Below are positions 7,950 to 15,825 of a stretch of DNA of 19,306 nucleotides, in pieces. The stretch is from the NCBI GenBank assembly GCA_031414595.1, contig JANNVX010000112.1, positions 1 through 19,306 of the forward strand, read 5' to 3'. A program made the position numbers and the translations under genes. Position 1 is the stretch's first letter; the number at the start of each line of letters is the position of its first letter. Origin of the DNA: Deinococcales bacterium. Its GTDB lineage: Bacteria > Deinococcota > Deinococci > Deinococcales > JAAFIG01. A model generated the notes under the pieces. That model did not search any database. It saw only the letters and a list, made by a program, of their open reading frames with translations, and was not told where the DNA came from.

Positions 7950-8988
7950 GTTTTTTGGTCAGCCCTTCGAGTTTAAGCGCGACTTTCTCGAGCAGGTTGG
8001 CATCCACAGCTTTTTGGGCAGTTTTGAGGGCGCTGTAGACGGCTTTGGCATTCGATGAGCCATGTCCGATAAAAACCAAGCCTTTGACCCCAAGAAGCGG
8101 CTGAGCGCCAAATTCGGCTGGGTCGAGTTTAGCTGCCACACTTCTTAGGGCAGGCTTTACTAGCAGCGCCCCGAGTTTGACCAACCATGAACCGCTCGCA
8201 ATGGCTTCTTTAATCCAACCAATCAGCACTTTGGCTTCGGCTTCGGCAGCCTTTAAGACCACATTGCCCGTGAATCCGTCGGTCACAACCACGTCCACTG
8301 TACCTTTGAAAATGTCACTTCCTTCGACATTGCCATAAAAACGAATGCCTGGTGTAATTTTAAGTAAGTCAAAGGTTTCGTTGACCAATGCGTTTCCTTT
8401 ACCCTCTTCTTCGCCGATGGTCAGTAAACCAACACTTGGGTCGGCAATACCCTGCATGGCACTCGAGTAAGCTGCCCCCATCAGCGCAAAGCCTTGCAAA
8501 AATTCTGGGCGGTTATCGGCATTTGCGCCAACGTCGGCTAGGGTAACTCTTCCTTTGGCATTGGGAAAATTCGAGACAATCGCAGGGCGCTCGACTCCAG
8601 CCAAACGCCCCAAACCAAATAAGGCACTGACAAGGGTTGCGCCCGTGTGTCCTTGTGCCACGACTGCACTGGCTTTTTTGTAACGCACCAAATTGACTGC
8701 CACGTTAATCGAAAGGTTTTTGTTGCGCCGCACTTGGGTGGCAGCGTCATCCATACCAATCACATCAGAGGCATGAACCACACTTAAGGGCAACGTTTTC
8801 CAGGTGCTGTCTAGCCGCTCGAGTTCTCGAGTAATCGCGTCTTCACGTCCGACCAACACCACGGCAATGCCTTCTTTGGCGGCTCGTATTGCCCCTTCAA
8901 CCATGGCGGCAGGCGCAAAATCTCCGCCCATGGCATCTAAGGCGATTGGTAGTGTTCCATTCGGTGCGATTGTTAAACCTTCTGACAT
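7942..8988 (-). CDS. plsX: Phosphate acyltransferase PlsX
   Basis: IALDAMGGDFAP, GVERPAI, DVGANAD, GEEEGKGN, FYGNVEG, DVVVTDGFTGNVVLK, GHGSSNAKA. Confidence 0.97.
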   Translation of the reverse strand: MSEGLTIAPNGTLPIALDAMGGDFAPAAMVEGAIRAAKEGIAVVLVGREDAITRELERLDSTWKTLPLSVVHASDVIGMDDAATQVRRNKNLSINVAVNLVRYKKASAVVAQGHTGATLVSALFGLGRLAGVERPAIVSNFPNAKGRVTLADVGANADNRPEFLQGFALMGAAYSSAMQGIADPSVGLLTIGEEEGKGNALVNETFDLLKITPGIRFYGNVEGSDIFKGTVDVVVTDGFTGNVVLKAAEAEAKVLIGWIKEAIASGSWLVKLGALLVKPALRSVAAKLDPAEFGAQPLLGVKGLVFIGHGSSNAKAVYSALKTAQKAVDANLLEKVALKLEGLTKKHD

Positions 8989-8994
8989 GCTTAG

Positions 8995-9000
8995 AGCTTA
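8995..9000 (-). promoter_or_regulatory. -10 box of a probable leaderless plsX transcript
   Basis: TAAGCT, 6 nt, ATG (8988); no Shine-Dalgarno. Confidence 0.55.
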
Positions 9001-9116
9001 ACAAGAAACAGACCAGAAACGGGTATCTCGAGAGATTGCCTCGGCTGGCAATGACGAATATAAAGCCCCCACTTGCCATACAGCTTCTTAAAAGAATGTC
9101 ATTTCATCCTTTGTTA

Positions 9117-9235
9117 CAGGACAGACACAGGGGTGTCTTGACCATATACGCGCACCTTCGGGCATGGTCGCCTGTCCCTACAATTATGGCATAAAAAATG
9201 TGTGAGGTAGGGGCGAACCCCCGTGTTCGCCCTGT
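9117..9235. repeat. GTAG-type REP doublet (REPIN-like), copy 1, with a 37-nt insertion in the left REP
   Basis: CAGGACAGACACAGGGGT[37 nt]CTGTCCCTAC, 25 nt spacer, GTAGGGGCGAACCCCCGTGTTCGCCCTGT. Homologous to 19225-19303, including a related spacer. Confidence 0.85.
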
Positions 9236-9338
9236 TTTTCCATTCACGCGTTTGACGAAAAATTTTAGAAATTTCAGACCTTTCGGAGACTCTAACTTGC
9301 CAGCCACGAATAGCTTTTCTCATTTGTGTTTGTCACAA

Positions 9339-9344
9339 TAGACT
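9339..9344 (+). promoter_or_regulatory. -10 box of a probable leaderless mrdA transcript
   Basis: TAGACT, 5 nt, ATG (9350). Confidence 0.55.
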
Positions 9345-9349
9345 TAGCT

Positions 9350-11170
9350 ATGATTTTTGTACCACGCAAAGATAAACAAAAACGCCCACCGGGAAACCCT
9401 TTAAGTGGTGTGGCGTTGTTATTAACGGTCTTGTTGGGTTTATACTCGGTGCGTTTGTATCAGTTGCAGGTCTTGGAGTACCAAAAGTACACCACCATGT
9501 CCACCGATAATCGTTTGCAGCCGCGCAGTCTTCGGGCAGTGCGTGGCGAGATTCGGGCTTCGGATGGCACGCTTCTTGTCACCAATCGCAACGCTGTGCA
9601 ATTGGTCTATAAGGGCGGCGAAGTGCAGCAACTCGAGCGGATTGCTCGCCTTGCGGGTTTAACCCTGCCCCTGCCGCAACTCAAAGAGGGCGAGTCCGAA
9701 GTGATTGTTAAAAAAGATGTTCCAGAAGGCAGCATTGTGCCGCTCGAGGAGTGGTTGGCGGGGCAACAAGAAGTCCTCGAGTTGCGTTACCGAGTCCAAC
9801 GGGTTTACCCAAGTGGTTTGGCGGGGAATTTACTGGGGTACATGGAACCTGCCAACGACGAAGATTTAGCCGATAAAGAAAAAAATTATGATTCTCTGGA
9901 TTTGGTGCCGCAAAATGGTCTCGAGGCTGGTTTAGAAACTTTTTTACGTGGTCAGCACGGCGAAAAACTCGAGGAAGTGGATTCCAAAGGGCGGGTCGTG
10001 GTTGGACGTGACCGTGTGGTGCGTGAAGCCGAACGTGGTAAAACCGTGACTTTAACGATTATCCCGAAATTACAAAAAGCTGCCGAAAAAGCCATCAGCG
10101 AGGCTAAAGATGCAATTAACGCCTTAAACCGTAAAAACCGCATTCCACAAATCGAACAAGCTCGAGGCGCAATCGTGGCACTTAACCCCAAAACAGGGCA
10201 GATTCTGGCGTTGGCAGTTGGTCCTAAGTACGACCCAAATTGGTTTTCGACCCAGCCTCGAGACCCCAAAGGTATCGCAGCGTTGCTAGACACCAAGTAC
10301 AAACCAATGTGGAACAGGGCGGTCAAGCAATTTGAACAGGGCAGTGTTTTTAAGCTCGTGACCAACAGCGCCCTGCTCGAGGCTGGGGCTGGCAACAGGG
10401 TTTTTTCTTGTCCGCCTTTTATTATGTACGGTGGTCGCCCAAAATGGAATTGGAATCGTGGGCGCAACATGGGGGCAATGGATGCTCGTTTAGCCATCGC
10501 TAACTCATGTAACACTTGGTATTACCAAGCCGCAATCAATTATCAAGTTGGTTCAATTCGAGGTCCGATTCCATTTGCGGAAATGCTGGCGAAACGCGCC
10601 GAGGATTTTGGTTTTGACCAACCAACAGGCATCGAGTTAATCGGTGAACAAGTCAGCAGAATCCCGAGTCCATCAAAAACCCAAGCGGCGAATCAAACTT
10701 GGTTTCCGGGCGAAAGTCTTAATTTTTCGATAGGTCAAGGCACAATGCGAGCCAACCCTTTGCAAGTCGCTCGGATGCTTGCCACGATTGTCAATGAGGG
10801 TAAACGCCCCGAACTGACGGTGGTTAAAGCGGTCAATGGTACGACCCAAGCTCCAAAACCAATGACCCAAATTTCGGGTACACAATGGGAGACCTTAAAA
10901 CAAGGAATGCGTTTAACGGTCACAAAAGGCACAGCTAAAGAAATTCTGCGTGATTTTCCAATTGCCACGGCAGGTAAGACTGGCACTGCCCAAAATCCAA
11001 AAGGTGTACATCAAGACCATGCTTGGTACATGGGGTATGGTCCTGTGCAAGACCCCAATTTGGTGGTTGTGGCATTCTTTGAAAATGGGGTCGAGGGAAG
11101 TGGCGTGGCGCTGCCAGCCGTGCGAAAAGTCATGGCGGCTTTTTGGAACATCAAACTCGAGTCCAAGTAA
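9350..11170 (+). CDS. mrdA: Penicillin-binding protein 2 (class B transpeptidase)
   Basis: N-terminal TM, LYQLQV...AVRGEI dimerisation domain, SxxK (GSVFK), SxN (NSCN), KTG (GKTGTAQ), HAWYMGYGP. ATG 9350 preferred over GTG 9326 because of the -10 box. Confidence 0.88.
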   Translation: MIFVPRKDKQKRPPGNPLSGVALLLTVLLGLYSVRLYQLQVLEYQKYTTMSTDNRLQPRSLRAVRGEIRASDGTLLVTNRNAVQLVYKGGEVQQLERIARLAGLTLPLPQLKEGESEVIVKKDVPEGSIVPLEEWLAGQQEVLELRYRVQRVYPSGLAGNLLGYMEPANDEDLADKEKNYDSLDLVPQNGLEAGLETFLRGQHGEKLEEVDSKGRVVVGRDRVVREAERGKTVTLTIIPKLQKAAEKAISEAKDAINALNRKNRIPQIEQARGAIVALNPKTGQILALAVGPKYDPNWFSTQPRDPKGIAALLDTKYKPMWNRAVKQFEQGSVFKLVTNSALLEAGAGNRVFSCPPFIMYGGRPKWNWNRGRNMGAMDARLAIANSCNTWYYQAAINYQVGSIRGPIPFAEMLAKRAEDFGFDQPTGIELIGEQVSRIPSPSKTQAANQTWFPGESLNFSIGQGTMRANPLQVARMLATIVNEGKRPELTVVKAVNGTTQAPKPMTQISGTQWETLKQGMRLTVTKGTAKEILRDFPIATAGKTGTAQNPKGVHQDHAWYMGYGPVQDPNLVVVAFFENGVEGSGVALPAVRKVMAAFWNIKLESK

Positions 11171-11249
11171 TGACATAATCATCACACACCTTGTTGCAAA
11201 CACTTGGTAGACTAAATCCCAAGATGAAGACATCAACTCGAGGGACAGT

Positions 11250-11846
11250 ATGAAACTGCGTGGAACTGCCACGGGCTTAAATTTATTGATTGAGCCTTTG
11301 GATACACCCGAAAGTGCTTCTGGGATGCTCGAGTCTCGGGCTGCCTTGTTATCCGAAAACGTCGAAATTGAACTTGGTGGGGCGGTCTCTTGGGTAGTCG
11401 TCGAGACGATTCTGGCACACATCAATAAAGCTGGTGGGCGCGTGATCAGTCTACGTCCGCCGCGTGACAGCAACAAAGACAGTCTGGTCTCCTCGAGTAA
11501 AACCGAGGTTGTGCCGCGCACCATGCGGGCTGGGGTACGAATCGAAAAAGCTGGCAATGTGATTGTCTTGGGCGATGTCAACCCGGGCGCGGAACTGATT
11601 GCGGGCGGGGATATTATTGTCTCTGGGACGCTACGCGGCATGGCTCACGCGGGTGTTTCTGGGCGTGAAACGGCAATTATTTACGCGCAGCACATTGCAG
11701 CGCCCCAAGTGCGAATTGCCCATGCGATGGCTCGAGCGCCAGAAGGTTCTGGTTTGGAGAGTTTACGAATCGCACCGCAATCGGACGTGGCAGAAATTGC
11801 ACGGCTTGAAGCTGGGCAGATTGTGATTGAACCGTATAAACCATAG
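11250..11846 (+). CDS. minC: Septum site-determining protein MinC
   Basis: MKLRGT start, RTMRAGVRI, VIVLGDVNPGAELIAGGDIIVSGTLRGMAHAG, PQVRIA beta-helix. GAGGGA RBS and TAGACT (11208-11213) upstream. Confidence 0.93.
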   Translation: MKLRGTATGLNLLIEPLDTPESASGMLESRAALLSENVEIELGGAVSWVVVETILAHINKAGGRVISLRPPRDSNKDSLVSSSKTEVVPRTMRAGVRIEKAGNVIVLGDVNPGAELIAGGDIIVSGTLRGMAHAGVSGRETAIIYAQHIAAPQVRIAHAMARAPEGSGLESLRIAPQSDVAEIARLEAGQIVIEPYKP

Positions 11847-11858
11847 AGGCGAAAGGAT

Positions 11859-11891
11859 AAAGGTAGAGTGCAAACCGCCCCCTACCTTTTT
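11859..11891 (+). terminator. Probable intrinsic terminator after minC, possibly REP-derived
   Basis: AAAGGTAG...CTACCTTT stem ending in a T run. The reverse strand reads GTAGGGGGCGGTTTGCACTCTAC, resembling the GTAGGGGCGG REP head. Confidence 0.55.
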
Positions 11892-12077
11892 CGATTAGTT
11901 TTTGATGAGACTAAAATTGGCTTTTGTGACGAGATTCCTTGACTGGGGTGTTGAAGATGAGGCTTTGATGCTCACCTTTATCATGGAAAATAGCGGTTTT
12001 CTCTAAGCTACTGGCAAAAATCTTCTCGAGCCAACCAAACATTTTTCACCAGTGCAAACTGGTTTCTTGGGGTTCAA

Positions 12078-14261
12078 ATGAAAAAACTAATTGCAACACT
12101 GCTCGGAGTTATACTTGCCAGTGGATTGGCTGTCGCAGCCATCACTGTAACAGTCAAAGCAGGTGATTCGCTTGGCTCTATCGCAACACGCAATGACACC
12201 ACAGTTGCCGAATTACAACGGCTTAATGGGCTTAAAAGCATCAACATTCGGGTCGGGCAAGTGTTGCGTATCCCCCAACCAAGCAGCCTTACCGTGCGCT
12301 CAGGCGACAGCTTAGAAAGCATTGCTGCCCGTTACGGGGTCAGTGTTGCGGCTTTACGGGCTGCCAACGGCATCTCGGGCGACAGAATCCGTGTCGGGCA
12401 AGAACTAAAACTGCCAAATGGTAACACCCCAGTCCCCAGCAGTAGCACCTCAGTCTCGAGTAGTGTTGGTCGTACAAATACCGTGACAGTGCAGAGTGGC
12501 GATACCCTCGGGGAAATCGCAGAGCGCAACAATCTCAGTACCGCCGATTTACGTGCCGCTAATGGATTAAATAGTGATTCAATTCGGATTGGGCAAGTGC
12601 TGAAATTGCCCACCAAACAAATTGCCGCAGCTAAACCAACCGCAAGTACCAATTCTGTGACGGTGCAGAGCGGTGACACCCTTGGTGAAATTGCCAAGCG
12701 CAACAACACCAGCATCGAAGCCCTACAAGCTGTTAATAATTTAAGCGGTAATGCCATTCGGGTTGGACAAGTGCTGAAATTACCAAAAACAAACCAGTCC
12801 GCCCCAACCCCAACGGCTCGAGTCTCGAGTGGCAGTGTGACTATACAAGGCTCTAGTGTGACCGTTCAAGCTGGCGACAGTCTCGAGAAGATTGCCAAAC
12901 GCAACAATATCAGCGTGGTGGCATTGCGTGCCGCCAACAACCTAAGCGGTGATGCGATTCGTGTTGGTGATACCCTGCGCTTACCCTCGAGTACAAGCAC
13001 ACAAAAACCTGTAGTCGCTACAAAACCTAGTGCAGCTAAACCCAAGCCAAGTGTAGTTGCTACGAAGCCTAAGCCAAGTGTAGCCGTGGTTAAGCCCAAA
13101 CCTAGCCCTGTTGCTGTTAAGCCCTCAGCTAAGCCTAGTATCAAGCCACCTGTCTCGAGTGGCAGTATCAAGCCGACAGTCTCGAGTGGCAGTATCAAGC
13201 CGGCAGTCTCGAGTAAACCCAGTGTGACTGCAAATAAACCCAGTATCAAACCAGTTGTCTCGAGTAAGCCTAGTGTGACTGCAAATAAACCAGTTATCTC
13301 GAGTAAACCTGTGGTTGCAGCTAAACCCGTAACCCCGACAAAACCGCTCGCTCCCAATACTCGAGTGATTGCCCCACCACCCAATTTACCAACCGCGACA
13401 GGCAGAACCGTTACCATTCAAGCACCCCAAGCCGCCCCTAAACCCCAAAATGTGGCAGCTAAACCAGTTACAAGCCCAGCCTCACTACCACCGATTCAAA
13501 TTGTGACTGCACCAAAACCAGCCGCACCTGCCAATGTTGCCCGGCAACCCGCAGTTGCACCCAAACCAAGCCCAGTGGTGGCAGTTAAACCGAGCCCAGT
13601 TATCGCCGCTAAACCAGACAACATGCCCAGTACATTGGGGTTTAACGAACCGCTCGAGATTCCAGTCAGCGAAGATAGCCCCCTGATAGACCCAGCCCTC
13701 GAGTCGCCATTTTTTGATGCCACTGCCCCTGAAAGTAAACCAACTGCCCCAAGTGACCTTGCGCCTGAAGACATCGAAATTATCATCCCAGACAACCAAA
13801 GTGCGGCTTCGGTCAAACCTACCCCAGATTCACCAACCTACAGCCGCTCCGAAAAATTGCTCTGGCCCTTGTCCGGTACGATGACCAGTCGTTTTGGCTG
13901 GCGCAGTTTACGCGGTAATCGCTACCATACGGGTATTGACTTGGCAGCACCAACAGGCACACGGGTCTACGCCGCATTATCTGGCAAAGTCGAGTTTGCG
14001 GGTTGGAATCGCCAAGGATATGGCTACTTAATCATTATTCGTGGCTGGGATAACCGCCGTTATTACTACGGTCACAACTCGAGACTGCAAGTTAAAAAAG
14101 GACAATGGGTGCGCCAAGGACAAATCATTTCCAGAGTTGGCAGCACAGGATTTTCGACAGGACCACATTTGCACTTTGAAATCCGAGTTGGCAACAGCGC
14201 CAGAAATCCATTGGCGTACTTACCGCGCAGTCGTTTGGCATTGGCATCTTCTAAGCGGTAA
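12078..14261 (+). CDS. Secreted peptidoglycan endopeptidase: 5 LysM domains, long P/K/S/V/A linker, M23 domain
   Basis: Signal peptide; five xTVxxGDxLxxIAxR...L...N.L....IRxGQxLxLP units; Zn ligands HTGID and HLH intact. Confidence 0.93.
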   Translation: MKKLIATLLGVILASGLAVAAITVTVKAGDSLGSIATRNDTTVAELQRLNGLKSINIRVGQVLRIPQPSSLTVRSGDSLESIAARYGVSVAALRAANGISGDRIRVGQELKLPNGNTPVPSSSTSVSSSVGRTNTVTVQSGDTLGEIAERNNLSTADLRAANGLNSDSIRIGQVLKLPTKQIAAAKPTASTNSVTVQSGDTLGEIAKRNNTSIEALQAVNNLSGNAIRVGQVLKLPKTNQSAPTPTARVSSGSVTIQGSSVTVQAGDSLEKIAKRNNISVVALRAANNLSGDAIRVGDTLRLPSSTSTQKPVVATKPSAAKPKPSVVATKPKPSVAVVKPKPSPVAVKPSAKPSIKPPVSSGSIKPTVSSGSIKPAVSSKPSVTANKPSIKPVVSSKPSVTANKPVISSKPVVAAKPVTPTKPLAPNTRVIAPPPNLPTATGRTVTIQAPQAAPKPQNVAAKPVTSPASLPPIQIVTAPKPAAPANVARQPAVAPKPSPVVAVKPSPVIAAKPDNMPSTLGFNEPLEIPVSEDSPLIDPALESPFFDATAPESKPTAPSDLAPEDIEIIIPDNQSAASVKPTPDSPTYSRSEKLLWPLSGTMTSRFGWRSLRGNRYHTGIDLAAPTGTRVYAALSGKVEFAGWNRQGYGYLIIIRGWDNRRYYYGHNSRLQVKKGQWVRQGQIISRVGSTGFSTGPHLHFEIRVGNSARNPLAYLPRSRLALASSKR
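13137..13310 (+). repeat. Coding tandem repeats in the LysM-M23 linker (27-nt units plus longer variants)
   Basis: AGTATCAAGCCnnnnGTCTCGAGT units start at 13137, 13164 and 13191; AGTGTGACTGCAAATAAACC is duplicated further on. Confidence 0.8.
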
Positions 14262-14264
14262 AAG

Positions 14265-14690
14265 ATGAGTTTACTTGAACAGATGTACAAAGAAATTCTG
14301 CTCGAGCATCAAAAACGCCCACGCAATCTAGGGCGGCTCGAGCATAAAACCCATGCCGAAAGAGGGCATAACCCAGCTTGTGGTGATAAACTGGAACTTC
14401 AATTACGGCTCGAAAATAACACCATTGCCGAAGTGCGCTTTCTTGGACAAGGCTGTACTATTTCCCAAGCCAGCGCCAGTTTAATGACTGTGGCAATTAC
14501 AGGAAAAACCATAACCGAAGCCCTAGAGATTGCCAATGCCTTTGGCATCATGCTGCGAACAGGTCAGCCAGACTCGAGCCTAGGTGATTTGAATGCCCTT
14601 GTGGGGGTCGCCAAACTGCACACCCGAGTCAAATGTGCCACCCTTGCTTGGCAGACGCTCGAGTTGGCACTGGGTGTGCCAGAAATCTAA
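14265..14690 (+). CDS. sufU: SUF-system NifU-family Fe-S assembly protein SufU
   Basis: LEQMYKEILLEHQKRPRN, NPACGD, GCTISQASAS, RVKCATLAW; carries the SufU-type insert and lacks the IscU LPPVK motif. Confidence 0.93.
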   Translation: MSLLEQMYKEILLEHQKRPRNLGRLEHKTHAERGHNPACGDKLELQLRLENNTIAEVRFLGQGCTISQASASLMTVAITGKTITEALEIANAFGIMLRTGQPDSSLGDLNALVGVAKLHTRVKCATLAWQTLELALGVPEI

Positions 14691-14740
14691 GTTTTTGGCA
14701 TAATTTTAGAACAACGACTTGCTGCGAACAGGAGAACATC

Positions 14741-15772
14741 ATGAAAAAAACCATTTTTATCATCTTGGGTTGTATAGCAGTGACGGCTGCTGGTACAGTC
14801 GCCCAAACAACCCAAACCCTACGCAGTTTAGCTGATACCAAAGGCATCTATATGGGTGCTGCTGTTACGCCGATTTTTTATGACAGCACCGAACCAGATT
14901 ATACCAAGGTTCTCAGCCGCGAATACAACATGATTGTGGCAGAAAATATTATGAAGTGGTCGGCGCTTTCTTCTGGGCGTGGCAAATTTAGTTTTAATGC
15001 GGCTGACGGCATGATTGCCTTTGCCCAAAAACACCAACAAGCTGTGCGTGGACACACCTTGGTCTGGCACGAATCGTTGCCGTCGTGGGTTTTAACGATT
15101 AAAGACAAAGATGAAATGCGAAACGTCCTCAAAACCCATGTGCAGACTGTTGCCAAGTATTTCAAAGGTAAGGTCTTTGCTTGGGATGTCTTAAACGAAG
15201 CAATTCTCGAGGATGGAAGTTACCGCAAAACACCGTTTTATAATTTACTCGGTGCAGAATACATTGCTGATGTGTTTAAGTGGGCAAGAGAAGCCGACCC
15301 AAGCGCTAAACTTTTTTACAACGATTACAACACCGATGGAATCAATCCAAAATCCACGGCGGTCTACAATATGGTCAAAGCCCTAAAAGCCAGTGGTGTG
15401 CCAATAGACGGGGTTGGTTTCCAAGCTCATGTAGATAGCAACTTTAATGTGGTGCAGCAGCGTACCTTAGAAAATTACAAGCGTTTCCGTGACCTTGGTT
15501 TTGAGGTTCAATTAACCGAAGTGGATGTTACTTTGTCTGGCAATGCTCCTCGAATTGAGCGTTTAGCTGCCCAAGCCAAAGTCTATAAGGATTTATTGGC
15601 AACCTGTTTAGCCGTGAAATGCTCGGCTTTTATCACTTGGGGGTTTACCGATGCGTTCTCTTGGCGGGCGGCTGCTGCGCCATTGCCTTTTGATTCGGAT
15701 TATCAACCCAAACCTGCCTATTTTGCTCTGCTCGAAGCCTTAAAAGCACCTGCTATCACTCCACCAAAATGA
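14741..15772 (+). CDS. Secreted GH10 endo-1,4-beta-xylanase
   Basis: Start moved to ATG 14741 (CAGGAG RBS, signal peptide MKKTIFIILGC). Motifs AENIMKW, RGHTLVWH, WDVLNE (acid/base), LFYNDYN, IDGVGFQAH, LTEVDV (nucleophile), TWGFTDAFSW, KPAY. Confidence 0.93.
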   Translation: MKKTIFIILGCIAVTAAGTVAQTTQTLRSLADTKGIYMGAAVTPIFYDSTEPDYTKVLSREYNMIVAENIMKWSALSSGRGKFSFNAADGMIAFAQKHQQAVRGHTLVWHESLPSWVLTIKDKDEMRNVLKTHVQTVAKYFKGKVFAWDVLNEAILEDGSYRKTPFYNLLGAEYIADVFKWAREADPSAKLFYNDYNTDGINPKSTAVYNMVKALKASGVPIDGVGFQAHVDSNFNVVQQRTLENYKRFRDLGFEVQLTEVDVTLSGNAPRIERLAAQAKVYKDLLATCLAVKCSAFITWGFTDAFSWRAAAAPLPFDSDYQPKPAYFALLEALKAPAITPPK

Positions 15773-15825
15773 TTTTCCGACAGTTTAGTGACACTTGATA
15801 CCAACCTTTATTCAATACTCGAGGT

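Noticed and set aside
9117-9235. CRISPR array or ncRNA interpretation of the repeat-spacer-repeat layout
   Set aside because: The two repeats are inverted rather than direct, only two units exist, the spacers are related between copies and no cas genes are present; REP doublet fits better.
9104-9323. Short ORFs 9104-9307, 9114-9323, 8889-9194 and 8897-9079, including a possible rpmF upstream of plsX
   Set aside because: They are read through REP sequence, have no RBS and show no L32 motif (MAVPK, CxxC pairs in the right context).
11890-12077. c-di-AMP (ydaO) or c-di-GMP riboswitch upstream of the cell-wall hydrolase
   Set aside because: The conserved sequence blocks of these riboswitches are not visible; only one small hairpin is present.
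12332-13816. Long antisense ORFs over the LysM-M23 gene, and similar ones over the MCP, mrdA/minC and the Pro/Thr stalk
   Set aside because: Shadow frames of low-complexity or well-supported genes, with no recognisable motifs.
14633-14740. Cys-rich N-terminal extension of the xylanase ORF
   Set aside because: It overlaps sufU; the signal peptide and RBS point to ATG 14741.
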